Shown piece by piece: positions 12,691 through 24,835 of a stretch of DNA of 64,000 bases; position 1 is the first letter of the stretch; each line of letters starts with the position of its first letter. Under the pieces are notes generated by a model that was not told where the DNA came from, did not search any database, and saw nothing but the letters and a program-made list of their open reading frames with translations. Source of the stretch: Eledone cirrhosa (taxonomy: Eukaryota); the NCBI GenBank assembly GCA_964016885.1, contig OZ024741.1, positions 77,562,001-77,626,000 on the forward strand. The letters are read 5' to 3'. The translations under genes and the position numbers were made by a program.

Positions 12691-13150
12691 CTTGTATGCG
12701 ACGATGAAAGGGGATGAGTAAAAAGAGAGAAAATGTTTTGATGGGAGGAGAATAGCAATGATGTGAGGGAGAAATAAGAGAGAGTGAAGAATGTTGAAGG
12801 GAAATAGTAATGGTGTGAGGCAAAAGAAAGAGAAGGCTATTTATTTGTATTGATGGATGGGGGAAGCAGTAACGTTATGAAGCGAAAAGGGAAGGGAATG
12901 TCATTTACTCGAGTCTTAATGAGAAGGGGGATGTAGTAACGCTAAGAGAAGACGAATTTGTGTTTCTGGAAGGGGGATGTAGCAACGCTATGCCACAAGA
13001 AAGAGAAAACGCCATTTAGTTTCAGTATATTACTGACATAAACGCATACACATATATGATATACTTCAGAATAGAAGCTGGTGGTGGCTATAGTAAGGTG
13101 AATACTAGTGTATATTTAAAAAATATATTTGTTCAATTGTCAATTATTTG

Positions 13151-13160
13151 GCGCATGCGC
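13151..13160. promoter_or_regulatory. NRF1/Ewg-type palindrome GCGCATGCGC (candidate promoter element)
   Basis: Perfect match to the NRF1 core in very CpG-poor sequence, ~5.8 kb upstream of the ZNF ATG. Function not shown. Confidence 0.3.
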
Positions 13161-13194
13161 TTTAGTGTAATTAAATGTCGTCTGCTAAACTGAA

Positions 13195-13330
13195 CCTTTT
13201 ACAAAGAACTAAGTTTCCAGTTTATTCAATGGCAATTGATAAAGCACAGAGTGAAACAGTTAATAAAATGTGGATTTATTTACCGCAACCAGTTTTTAGT
13301 CATGAACATATGTTAAATTCTCTGAAGCTA
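13195..13330 (+). mobile_element. Helitron Pif1-helicase C-terminal remnant
   Basis: 13229-13312 translates to MAIDKAQSETVNKMWIYLPQPVFSHEHM, matching the Helitron motif MTINKSQGQT..VGIYLPEPVFSHGQLY. Confidence 0.7.
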
Positions 13331-15679
13331 GAAAATTAACTGATGTTTTGTTAGAGTAGTTAATACCAATAAGTAAGAAGGAACTATTAAATCAATAGTC
13401 TAATAATTTAAGTAATACAATGATGAAATAACACATATATGTCAGAGTAATTATTGTGTCTTAGTTGCCAACGACTGGAATTTCCACAGAGCCAACTAAT
13501 AATTATTATTGTGATAGTGATGTAAATATTAGAAAACTAGACAAAATACTTTTACGGTATTTAGATATATCCCTTTAGTTTTAATTTCAAATCACATCGA
13601 GTTCACCTTTATAGAATCAATAAAATATATATCAGTCCTCTAATAGGGTCAATTCAATTAACTAACACCCTCTCCTAAAATTTGTGACTTTGTGTCTGCA
13701 ACTAGGAAACTTTCTCTCCACCACCACTACCAAAAAACCTTATATTACCTCATGTGATTGTAAGAATGCAAACTAGTGCCCCTCTCCCATCTCCAATGCT
13801 TCATGTGGCCTTAAACTTACAGCTTGCAGTGTTTGTGAATACATTTCACTTAAACGTGCTTAATTTAAATTGCCAAAAGTAATTTATCTTCACTTAGTGA
13901 ACATTCAGAGGGGAAAACGTTATCAGTCTGCGAATACGATGTTATAATTGTGTAAAAGAAACAGAACAAGACAAAAAATGATTTTCATGAAGTCCAAAAG
14001 TAATGAAGTGAGTTATTTCCCCTGTATAGCTTGTTTTCTTTGTAAATTTGTATTGATAAAATCTGACGGAGTGCATGTACAGCTTCTAAAATCATTACAC
14101 TAGTGCTGCACAGTTAAATTACTTTTTCTATTAGGTATTTTTTATAGTAGCATCAAGTGGACGTGGGAAAAACAAGACGCCTGTGTTAAACATCGTTTGT
14201 GGTGATGGTTGTTATAGTTGAAAGGAGAACCTCATTTAGTGTTGTTATGAGGATCGCTAAGTAGATCTGGGGGGGGGGGGGTCAGTGACACTCCTTCAAC
14301 AACAGTACATCTCAACATTACTTCCCCGGGCAGTGTGTAGGAGCCCAGGCATAGGCTGCCTCGTAGTCTCAGTTGACAAAATGAAGAAAACGTTGCCCCA
14401 GAGAAAGGCAAGAGTGACTCGTTGGAATAGCTATTCCAATACATTGGGGTTCACTCCTGCAGGTGGCCAACTCCACCACCAACGATGTTTGTTGTCATTT
14501 CGTACATTATTATGATCGTGGATCAGACTAGAAGGACCTTACTCAATATCAAGATTGCAAACAGAACAATTTTCGATGGGGAAACAAAAAGCATCAGAAA
14601 AAGGTTGTAGATAAATGTGAATGTTGAGACGCATAATTATTTGTTTTGTAAAAGGCAATAAATAGGAATCCACCAACCACTTTTCAAGATATCAATATTT
14701 TGCCTCGCTGTTTATCTCATGATATGCGAGTGCACTAACCTCTGCACTAAAGAACCACTGGCCACCAATTGCTGTCTTTTTAGATTTTCAGCCTGTAACT
14801 AGAAGTGTAAACAAAACAGTTGACTTAAGAAGCACAGGGAAAATTTGAAATGTGGGTGTCTATATATATTTTTGGCTACAGGATTTCATAACTGGATGCC
14901 CTCCTTGACATCAGCCTGTGTTAGTCAACTTGTGTGACATACAGGGATGAGTGTGTGTAAAATCTAATTTCATGGCCCGTAATGCTTTATTTATTTTGTT
15001 AATTTCATTGTATACTAACAAACCTAAATGTAAAGTAAGGTATTTCGATTCTGAAGATAGTTAATCATGTAATCTAACAGGCAACCACCTATTACCTCAG
15101 TATTATTATGTGTTTAAATATGTGATAGGAGCAGTATGTCATTTCATCCACAGGTAGAAAAGTAAGGAAAATATATCATATATTATTTTCTAATCACAAA
15201 ACATTTCTTCACCTATTCATTGTGTCAAATTGTATTTATTTGAATATGCAATACATTTTAGTCCTTTTCTTTACATATACAGACAAATAATTGTTGTTGG
15301 GCCTTAACAGCTGCTGGTGGTGTTTGGTATGTGTTGGAGGTGATGGTAGTAGCATGAATACTTGGCAAATATTAACCAGGGAAATATGGTAGTGTCATAT
15401 GTGTAATATAGTTAGTTGAAAAATCTTCAATCAACTGAGATTTTTCAAGGAATTAGTCAGTCTTTTAAAGTTTCAAAACAAGCTAGAGACATAAGACCAA
15501 GTAAATTAATTGATTAAAATTTGGGAACAATATAAACAATCCAAATTTGAGTGGTGTTTAAAGTTAAAGGGTGAAAACCAGACATTATTGATTGATTAGA
15601 TCTCCTCAGGGAAGTAGGTTCTACTCAATTGTCAAGTCTAAGAGTTATTGGTATATATAGAAATAAATAGAATGGATGT

Positions 15680-16343
15680 GGTCTGTCAAAAAGTATCTGA
15701 CTTTATTTTTTCCTATAGAAAATATCAATGTTAGGGAGACAAAAGTTTGCAGAATATAGTAGTATACAGCTTTCATTTCACTCAATACTGGCTACAAGAA
15801 TCCTGGTTTCCTAAATAATGAAATAACTGGAGATGAGATGTGAGTGTCCGAATACAACCCAGAAACCAAACTCAGCCATCATAGTGGAAACATGTGATGC
15901 TGACTGTTTTCTTCAACTACAAAGGTGTTGTGTATCACAAATATGCACCAGAAGGACTGGTACTATCAGGAAGACCTCTGGCATCTTCGTGATGCAGTTT
16001 GATGCAAAGGACTGGATCTGTGATCAGTTGATCCAAGGTTTCTTGGCAAAGAAAGGCATTTCATTCATTTGTCAGGTTTCCTAATCTCCAGACATGGCTC
16101 CTTCAGGACTTGTGGTTGTTCCCAAAAATGAAGAAGCCACTGAAAGGCTCTCACTTTGAGAACTGAGAATGCATTGTACGGACTGTGATGGTGGAGCTAA
16201 GAGCTATTCCATAATAAGCATTCCCAATGCACTTCAAAGAGTGGAAGGATTTCTGGGCTAGGGGGGAATTGCTGTTGAAGCCCACCAAGTACATACTTTT
16301 TTTTTTTTACTCAACTTAAGGTCGGATACTTTTTTGACAGACC
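15680..16343 (+). mobile_element. Internally deleted Tc1/mariner transposon
   Basis: TIRs GGTCTGTCAAAAAGTATCTGAC / GTCGGATACTTTTTTGACAGACC. Remnant motifs ITGDE, FLAKKGI and SPDMAPS..WLFPKMKKPLKG. Confidence 0.8.
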
Positions 16344-17519
16344 TTTTAGTGATACTGGTTATGACTATTCATATGGTTGTGAGAAAATACTGCAGAAGAG
16401 TTTTCTGTACACTAAATACACATATAATAGATTGTCACATATGTAATATAGTGAATTGAAAAACTTCAATCAATAGATATTATCCAAACAATTAGTAAGC
16501 AAAAGCTCCCTCAGTAAATATTTAAAACCTTAAAGCAACATTCGATTTTTCTTTATTCTTTTTTAATGCAGATTTTAAGTGTTTAACTTTTAATGTCCTG
16601 TAAAGCACAAAACCACATTATCAAGATATTCTTTAAAAGTATAAAATAGCACAATCTTTACATGAATTTTAAAAGAAACAATATACTCTCTAATGTAAGT
16701 CAGTTAACCCTATTGCTTTTTTTGTTTTTCAACAACACATGTTTTTCAACAAATTTCAATAATCCATGGTTTGCATTTTATAAAATTGTATCGACTTTTT
16801 TCCAAATATGAACTTTAAAAAATGAACTCAGTACTTTTTATCAATTATGATGAATATTGATGATTTAATTGACGAATTACTAGTGGATAAGAATATTTTG
16901 TTTTTGGAGATGTTTTCTGATGTATGTATGTTAATGTCTGTTACTAATAGCATTTGATTTATTATTTACGTTTTTTTACATTATATTTTGTGAGTGCACC
17001 TGTTTTCTTTTTAATTAACAACCAATCATACACAACATAATTTTAGCACATTAAAATAGCAATCAATTTCTTCTAATACTTCAAATTTTCATAATGATCC
17101 ATGTACTAGTAAAGGAACTGTAAACATTTCAATTAACAAACCCATTTATAGACAGTGATAAAGCCAACTGGTGAAAACAATGAAAATGTTTTGGTCTTAT
17201 TAAACATCCTTTGTGAAGCAGTCACCACATGAAAGAAATATGGAAGTGAAATAAAGTGATTTTTCAGATATTTTTTAGACTACAAGTAGAGTTCAAATTC
17301 ATTACAATCATTTGCATTTGATGGGAGGAATGTTTGATCCTCATTGACCCAACAAAGCTTGAAGTCAACTACTACTACTACTAGGTATTTTTCAGTTACC
17401 ACAGAAGAGAAATGTGGAAATGAAATGAAAATCTTTCACTACAAGTACCTAAGACCTTGTGTTCAAGCATTCTGCTGTTGATGGTTGTTGTTTAGCTACA
17501 CTACTTAGTATTCATCAAC

Positions 17520-18220
17520 ATAGAGAAGACCTTTGACAGAATTCCATGATCAGTAGTCTGGTAGTTACTAAGAAAACCAGATTTTAAAAAAGGCTTGTGA
17601 CAGCTTTACAAGCCATGTAAAGAGATGCTATTAGCAAGGTATGAGTTAGCAATGAGTTTAACAAGGAATTTAACATACAGGTAGGTGTCTCTTAGGACTC
17701 TGTTCTCAGCCTCATCTCCAGGCCATTAAAAAAATTTTAAGATTGGCTGTCTGTATGAACTCTTGTATGCCAATGACAAATTTGTCAAAGATTTAGAGAG
17801 GTGTAGATGCAAAACCTAGAGTTGAGAGCTGCAAAATAAACTTAGCATGGACAAATGTTTTAGTTTGCAGGAAAGAAGACAGGATTCTCCTCCTATCTGG
17901 AAAGTGGCCAGGTTCAATATGCAGAAAAGAGTTAGATATGAATTCCATGTGCTGTACCCAATATAAACTATGGGTATACAAGAGGTGTAGTGGAACCACT
18001 GGTAGGTTGATTTTGTATGTAGCAGATGCACAGAAGTACCCATAAAATAAATTCATTCAGATGTTTAGAAGGCTTTGTAGAAATATTTGAAAGCTTCTGT
18101 TACCTAAGTGATTTGATTAGCATTGAAGGTGAATGTTATCAAAGCATGGTAGCTAATGTAAGGATGACACAAAAAAGTTCAGGGAATTATTACTTCTGCT
18201 GCAAAGGAATTCTCTCAGAC
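17520..18220 (+). mobile_element. Old degraded RTE RT fragment
   Basis: EKTFDR, SVLS, ELLYAND, SGKWP and FCYLSD remnants homologous to 1-790. Confidence 0.75.
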
Positions 18221-18962
18221 TTATCCGAGACTGAAAAACAACAGCAACAAAACAAATCAGTATACCATATATACTTGTGTATAGGACACAGTTTTTTCCA
18301 TGAAGATATGTGGAAAACCAGTTTACAACTTATCTACTGTGCTTACAAAACCTCTATTCAAAATATATGGTACATTATAAATGTTATTATTTAAAATGGG
18401 AGTGTGACTTATATTTTTTATATTATTTTTTTTATTATTTCCTTTATTTATTTATTTTTTCCAGATTCTTTTTTGTACTGTGGAGCGATTGAGCATTGGA
18501 TTTCTGCTATCACTTTATCTATTGCTGATGTGATATCATCACCTTCAATATACACAGTTTAAATTTATTTTTATTCTCTGCTGACATATAAAATGTTTGA
18601 AAATATTTCAGTAAGCAATAACCACCTCAACCAACCAGCATTAGCTAAATAGAATTACTTAATTCTTAGAAATCTATAGTTACCTTGTCATCATTATCAT
18701 CCTTATTAAAAGAAATATTACAAGGAAAAATTAATTTTTAAAGTTAGATTAAAGAAAGGAAACATGAAATTTTGAGACATAAATTTATCATGACAAGAAG
18801 TAATTTCTGTCACACTCCTCTAAAATTCCTTTGAGTTCATCCACAACCACCCACAATGTTTGGTTCATTCTATGATCTTTCTTATCTCAATATAAGATTG
18901 GTAGCTTACAACAGCAACAAAAATAATAATTAAACTTAAGAAAATTGCTGGCTCTCATTATT

Positions 18963-21900
18963 ATGGATATGAACCAAATTGAAGCCAGATTATTCTCCGA
19001 AATGGACGAACCCTCCTTTGGATCTGTTTCTATTTATGATGAAGCTCCTCAGCTGGTCACCTCCAATACAGATCTGGCTATTCAGTCAGTATCCAGTGAT
19101 GTATCATTATCAAACTTCTTTGAGGAGACTCCAACATCAACTGCAAGTGAGTTATCATCACCCATATTGTCATCATCTTTATCATTAACAACAACAACAA
19201 TACCATCATCATTGTCATCCTCCAACCAACAACCTCAGTCTCAGGCTTCATCTTCTATTATGATTGTTGGTGAAGGTCCCCCTAACTCTCTACAAATTAC
19301 CTCCGAGACATCATCAGAAAACACAAATTCCATTAGTCTTGCACTGACGAAGCCAGTGCAAAGCAATGAAAATTCTTCTGCATCTCAACAAAACCTAACC
19401 AATGCTTCCAGTCTTCCAGGTCAACAACAGGTTTGCCCTCCCACTGAGGCAGCAAACGTTATTGCAGGAGGAAGCGGCCAGCCAGAGCAGTTGGAAAAAA
19501 CCTCTGATCCTCTCCCTGGTAGCATTTCTCTGTCAAAGATAGATAAGCCATTCAAATGTGAATACTGTAAGAAGATGTTTTCACAGGCCTGTCACCTTAC
19601 TCAACACATTCGAACTCACACAGGTGAGAGGCCTTTCAAATGTGACTACTGCCAAAAAGCTTTCACTCTCCGCGGTGACCTCAACCGACACATTCGCATT
19701 CACACAGGAGAAAGACCATTTCACTGTCCACAATGTCCAAAAGCATTCACACTTCGTGGTGACCTTACCCGACATGTCAAAATACACCTGGGTACAGACA
19801 AGGTGTTCAAGTGTAACAAATGTGAGAAGCGCTTTGCCAGTCTTCGTACCCTCTCCATGCACTGCCGGAATGTTCATTTTGAAGAGAAACGCTACCGGTG
19901 CAAATACTGCTCTGAGTCATTTCCTGCATTGAGTCATCTGATAAAACACATGAGACTCCATTCAGTGGGTCACGGGAATGTTTCAACAAATAGAGTGTTT
20001 ACTACAGGTGAAGCTGGCTTGAACAAGCCACTGAAGATTAGAAGAAGCAATGTTGTCCGTAATCTGGTGAATAACCAAGTTTTAGCTCAGGAACAGAACA
20101 AGAAAGTTCTGCAAAACTCTTCGGTGTGGTTTAACAGCCAGTCGAGGGAATTAACTAACATGCAGGGAAACAAGTATAACTTAGACAAGCCTCTTGTAAC
20201 ACCTACTTATTTTTCAACTACTCAATGTCGGAACATCTCAGATAAAGAAGTTAAAAATGTTTCAAACAACCAGCATCTTGGCAGTAAAAACAGCAAGCAC
20301 ACATTTGTGGAACAGGGTGCTGCAGCTGCTGCTAAAATACACAAGCGGCCTGAAATTGAAGAAGTAGTCATTCTTGATGATGACCCATTAGATGAGAGAA
20401 CATCAACTGGTCTATGCAAAGATCATAGAAAAGATCGACCAAAAACGTCTGGAAGTTCTAGTAAGATGAATTTTCCAATTAAAACAATTCGCAATCAGGA
20501 ACATGGTATAAAAAGAGACTCTAAGAGATTGTTGATCCACAGCCGAAACTTCTTGAAGTCAAGCTATTCATCAACTCCAAGAAAAGATCATGCCCGGAAG
20601 CAGTTCCAATTGTTTGTAAATAACAGCAGAAATTCCATTGTTGGGAGAAATCGGCTAGGAGTTATCGATAAGGATGTTCGAACAATATCAAAAAGTGTTG
20701 CAATACAAACCGAAAGAGACATAGATAAGAAAAAAATGGAATTTATACAGAACAATATTGAAAGTGCTGATCTAAAACATGTTGCTGTGCATTGCCGAAC
20801 AAAAACTGGTCAGTGGATGTTTTACTGTGAGAAATGCAATGAGTTATCCATGAACATTGATTTCAACACGTTTTCATTGCTAAATTTAGCTCACCCACCC
20901 ACTTTGGAAGGGAATTCAGATCATTCTAATAATCCCAACTCAGCTGCTCCTAGACTGAACGAGTTGGTGACGGAAAGGACTGATTTCCTAAACTATGATA
21001 TTTCAGACTTAAATAGTGGAAAAAGTAATGCTAACAGATTATCGTTAGACAAAGAACAACCTCGAACCAGTAACAAGCTGAATGTATTAAGTAGCCGAAG
21101 AAAAAACAATATGCCATCCAAGACATTTTCTTGTGACCAGTGTCCACTGCAGTTTGTTGGTTCTACAGAATTGGTGAACCATCTGAAAACTCACACAGCC
21201 CAGAGTAAGTCAGATATTTATTCATCAAGCAATAATTTGACTGAAGCAATTAGGAAAAACAGGGAACTAATCCAGATTCTCAATGGTTATTGTGATCAGT
21301 CAGAATTTGATGACCAATTCATTAACAGAAATCTGGCTTTTGACCTCACCAACAGTCAGAAGTTTTCGTCTGAACTAAATGATTCTCATTTAAGTTCAAG
21401 TTTTCCAGAAGGCCTTTCTCATAGTGACCAGCTTGTTAATCTTGATAGCTATTGTGGCAATAGTGAAGACATGGTACTTCTTGAAGAGATTTCCACAACC
21501 AACCCCACAAACAGCATTGAAATCACAGGCACAAGTGGTCAGGACAAACTTGGAGGAAATTCTAGCAGCAACTGCAACAAAATTTCAAACACCATCAGTA
21601 ATTTCGATGTAAAACTATCCCTACCAAATGATTGTTCAGAGCTTTCTCAGAGTAACTTAAAAAATAACAGTGGCACTTTCCTAACCATAGACAAATCTCA
21701 AGAACTTTCTCAAAAAGATATTGTATCAAGAAAAGAGCTGTGTGATAAAGACACCAGTTTTATGATGCACAATGTAAATTTTGATGGCCAAACAGAAGCA
21801 GCTTATGTGGATGAGAGTGCTTACACCAATGGTCAGTCAATGAACCAACTGACCACCACATCATCATCATTAGCAACAACACAAAATGAAATCATTGGTG

Positions 21901-23546
21901 ATATTACCGTAGATCTGAATAAGTTTCCAATGACAAGTGAATCCAATAATGACTTACAGCAAAACTTCTTTTGTATCGACCAATCTGAAAATGATCATGA
22001 TTCACCTCTGGTCATAACATCTGTATCCTCAGGAAACTTTGCTGATACTGAAGACTCAGCCAGCAATACCGAACATACTCTGTACACCTGTGAGTTTTGC
22101 AAGGTTAACTATTTAACTGCCGACAATTTTGTCAACCATATGTCAGTGCACGAAGATAAAAGGTTGTTCAAATGTATGATATGTCACATCTACTTCTCCA
22201 CTGTTGATTCATTCACAACCCACTTCAGAAGACACACACCTAGACCAAATTTAAAATTAAATTCTGTTAAAATGGATGGTTTGGAGAAGAATTTTCAGAA
22301 GCAACTTGAAACAAACCTGGAGACCATAGACCAACAACATTCCCCAAACAAAGCCTCCAGCCATTTCAGTAGAGACGGCTATTTTCAGTGCAGAATCTGT
22401 AATAAAGACTTTGATAATTATAACAAATTGGAAGTCCATCTGAAGAATCATACAGAACAAATATCTGTACCCAGTTCTGATTTGCTATCCTCTTCCAGTT
22501 TGAAGAACCGCAAAGAGTTGAATCAAGATATCCTAAGATCAGAATCTTCCTCAGAAAAAGCTCAGTCACAAGCTGCTACAGTTAACCAATTCCAATGTGA
22601 GCAATGTTTGTCTACTTTTCAACACAAAAATGATTTCATTTTCCATTTGAAAACCCACATTGATAATTCAGGGTTGGCATATAGCCAAACTGAGGGAGCC
22701 AGCAATTTTCAAAATGCAGACACCATGTATTTCACTGAGAAATGTAAAGAAGAATACACAGAACCCACCGAAACAAATCCTTTAAACTGTAAAGAACTCA
22801 AACCTGAAACAATCCAAGAGAGTTCCTTAGCTACTGCATCCACTACAGCTGATAGCAATACTACTGATGGCTCTTATTTGTGTAATGTTTGTAACCAGTC
22901 ATTTTCTGAGCGTTTGCATCTTGTAAAACATTTAATAACACACATTGGAAACAAGCAGATACTGAACAGCAGTTTGAGAAATCTAGACAATTCCCCAACA
23001 ACTGTTGAAAATATAAGCCATATACAGAATGACAAGATGTACAGTTGTAAACACTGCAACAAGGTGTTTAGTCATATGCATCAACTATTGAGACATATGG
23101 CTATGCACAGAAAAACCAAATCTTTTGTCTGTCGCTTCTGCCAAAAGGAAATTACTCTGTACAAAGATTTTATCAACCATCTGAAAATCCACACAGGACC
23201 TTTGCAATGCCCTGTTTGTCGGAAGACATTTATACATTCGAGCCTACTCAAAGCTCACATTTTGACTCACAATGTTGAGAAAGCATTTGCTTGCCAGTAC
23301 TGTGATAAATCCTTCGCCCAGTCATGTCACTTAACACAGCATATACGCACACACACAGGAGAAAAACCATTTGCCTGTTCATATTGCCACAAAGCCTTCT
23401 CACTGCGTGGTGACCTGAATAGACACATTCGTACACACACTGGTGAAAAACCGTACAAATGCACACTATGTGAAAAAGCTTTTGCTTTAAAGGGGGACTT
23501 AACTCGACATAAAAACACACACAAAACTGAAATCATATTAACATGA
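18963..23546 (+). CDS. Multi-cluster C2H2 zinc-finger protein (~1527 aa, 17 fingers), single coding exon
   Basis: Intact 4.6-kb ORF with first ATG at 18963. Five N-terminal fingers with TGERP linkers, six dispersed fingers, six C-terminal fingers with TGEKP linkers, and S/T/N-rich spacers. Confidence 0.95.
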   Translation: MDMNQIEARLFSEMDEPSFGSVSIYDEAPQLVTSNTDLAIQSVSSDVSLSNFFEETPTSTASELSSPILSSSLSLTTTTIPSSLSSSNQQPQSQASSSIMIVGEGPPNSLQITSETSSENTNSISLALTKPVQSNENSSASQQNLTNASSLPGQQQVCPPTEAANVIAGGSGQPEQLEKTSDPLPGSISLSKIDKPFKCEYCKKMFSQACHLTQHIRTHTGERPFKCDYCQKAFTLRGDLNRHIRIHTGERPFHCPQCPKAFTLRGDLTRHVKIHLGTDKVFKCNKCEKRFASLRTLSMHCRNVHFEEKRYRCKYCSESFPALSHLIKHMRLHSVGHGNVSTNRVFTTGEAGLNKPLKIRRSNVVRNLVNNQVLAQEQNKKVLQNSSVWFNSQSRELTNMQGNKYNLDKPLVTPTYFSTTQCRNISDKEVKNVSNNQHLGSKNSKHTFVEQGAAAAAKIHKRPEIEEVVILDDDPLDERTSTGLCKDHRKDRPKTSGSSSKMNFPIKTIRNQEHGIKRDSKRLLIHSRNFLKSSYSSTPRKDHARKQFQLFVNNSRNSIVGRNRLGVIDKDVRTISKSVAIQTERDIDKKKMEFIQNNIESADLKHVAVHCRTKTGQWMFYCEKCNELSMNIDFNTFSLLNLAHPPTLEGNSDHSNNPNSAAPRLNELVTERTDFLNYDISDLNSGKSNANRLSLDKEQPRTSNKLNVLSSRRKNNMPSKTFSCDQCPLQFVGSTELVNHLKTHTAQSKSDIYSSSNNLTEAIRKNRELIQILNGYCDQSEFDDQFINRNLAFDLTNSQKFSSELNDSHLSSSFPEGLSHSDQLVNLDSYCGNSEDMVLLEEISTTNPTNSIEITGTSGQDKLGGNSSSNCNKISNTISNFDVKLSLPNDCSELSQSNLKNNSGTFLTIDKSQELSQKDIVSRKELCDKDTSFMMHNVNFDGQTEAAYVDESAYTNGQSMNQLTTTSSSLATTQNEIIGDITVDLNKFPMTSESNNDLQQNFFCIDQSENDHDSPLVITSVSSGNFADTEDSASNTEHTLYTCEFCKVNYLTADNFVNHMSVHEDKRLFKCMICHIYFSTVDSFTTHFRRHTPRPNLKLNSVKMDGLEKNFQKQLETNLETIDQQHSPNKASSHFSRDGYFQCRICNKDFDNYNKLEVHLKNHTEQISVPSSDLLSSSSLKNRKELNQDILRSESSSEKAQSQAATVNQFQCEQCLSTFQHKNDFIFHLKTHIDNSGLAYSQTEGASNFQNADTMYFTEKCKEEYTEPTETNPLNCKELKPETIQESSLATASTTADSNTTDGSYLCNVCNQSFSERLHLVKHLITHIGNKQILNSSLRNLDNSPTTVENISHIQNDKMYSCKHCNKVFSHMHQLLRHMAMHRKTKSFVCRFCQKEITLYKDFINHLKIHTGPLQCPVCRKTFIHSSLLKAHILTHNVEKAFACQYCDKSFAQSCHLTQHIRTHTGEKPFACSYCHKAFSLRGDLNRHIRTHTGEKPYKCTLCEKAFALKGDLTRHKNTHKTEIILT

Positions 23547-24467
23547 TGAACACTTAATTTTGCTACACCATACCATATAAGGCAGGAATTTTAAATTCTT
23601 TATGAGAAAAAAAAATTTTTTTAGTATATTTATTTTTCTTTAAAAATGTTTTTTTCTAAATTTTTCCCATTTGCCAATTCTGTATTACTTGCTGTCAACT
23701 TAGAGCAAGAATTTAGTTTTTTTGTAGGTTTCTTAACGGGTATAGGAATGAGTCTTGTGTTCATGTATTAACACATTGCTCACCTACTTTGTGGCCAACT
23801 TGGTTCAAACCAGAATACAAAAAGGTAAATTTAAACATTTTGTTGTTGTTATTTTTGGCTGTTTTCTCATTTTTAGTCATAGTGCATCTCAATATGTTGA
23901 CAATTGATTGCAAAACTTGTCAGACATTGTCTTTTTTTCAAATTTGATTTGTTCATGTAAGTAGTTGGTATTTCTGAACTATTCTTGAGAAATCTACAAT
24001 TGACATGGAAATCAACATGCAAGACACACAACACACAGGAGCCAACAAGTGAGCTTCTACATGATCATTGAACCTGCCAGAATTAACAGCAAAATCACCC
24101 TCATTTTATATCCTACCATCTTAGGAAAGTATACATTGAATAATGTTGTTCTGGGTTCATTTCACATAACAAAAAGACAGAATGGAATGGTCTTGATCAT
24201 AGGCATGCTCAATTAGGATTCACCTAGGGTTAAACAGCTAAGACAACTCTCACAGATATCACTGAAACACCTTTTTTGACCTAATTTCTAACATTATGCT
24301 TGTCTTTCAAGTAACTTCTATAGTAATGGTGTCTAATTTAGACACAAGGCCAACAATATAGTGGGGGTGGGTGGGTCAATTATATCAATCCTAGTCCTTT
24401 ACTGGTATTTTATCAACCCAGGTGGATAAAAGGCCGTAATGAAATACTGCAATGATTTTCATCTGAC

Positions 24468-24835
24468 ACATGGCTTAGTGGTTAGAGCATTGGCCTTGCA
24501 ATCGAAAGGTTGTGAGTTCAATTCTCAGACCGAGTGATGTGTTGTTTCCTTGAGCAAGACACTTTATTTCACATTGCTCCAGTTTACTGAGCTGTAGAAA
24601 TGAGATGATAGGGACTGGGGTCCCCATCATTCCACTGCAAAGTGGTCGTGGAGGTGCCACGGGAAAAAAGCACCCAGCCCACACTGTAAAGTGGACGTGT
24701 AGGGTCCACGGCAAAAAAGCACCCAACACTCACTGTAAATGAGGTTGGTGTTAGGAAGGACATCCAGCTGTAGATATCAAGCCAGAATCAGTTCCCGTCC
24801 CACCCTTGCAAGCAGGGAAAAAGCGGACATGATTG
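24468..24835 (+). mobile_element. tRNA-head CORE-like SINE with RTE-derived 3' tail
   Basis: TGGCTTAGTGG A box, GAGTTCAATTC B box, CCTTGAGCAAGACACTT core, and tail CACTGTAAATGAGGTTGGTGTTAGGAAGG shared with the RTE 3' UTR. Confidence 0.85.

Noticed and set aside
14422-14439. Perfect 18-bp palindrome TTGGAATAGCTATTCCAA
   Set aside because: Isolated, with no second copy or supporting context.
18945-18962. TTG start given by the ORF track for the ZNF
   Set aside because: Eukaryotic gene; the first in-frame ATG is at 18963. An upstream coding exon cannot be fully excluded.
24468-24545. tRNA genes at A/B-box motifs (also 37395, 37590, 44500, 60262)
   Set aside because: They continue into SINE core and tail sequence and lack a complete cloverleaf.
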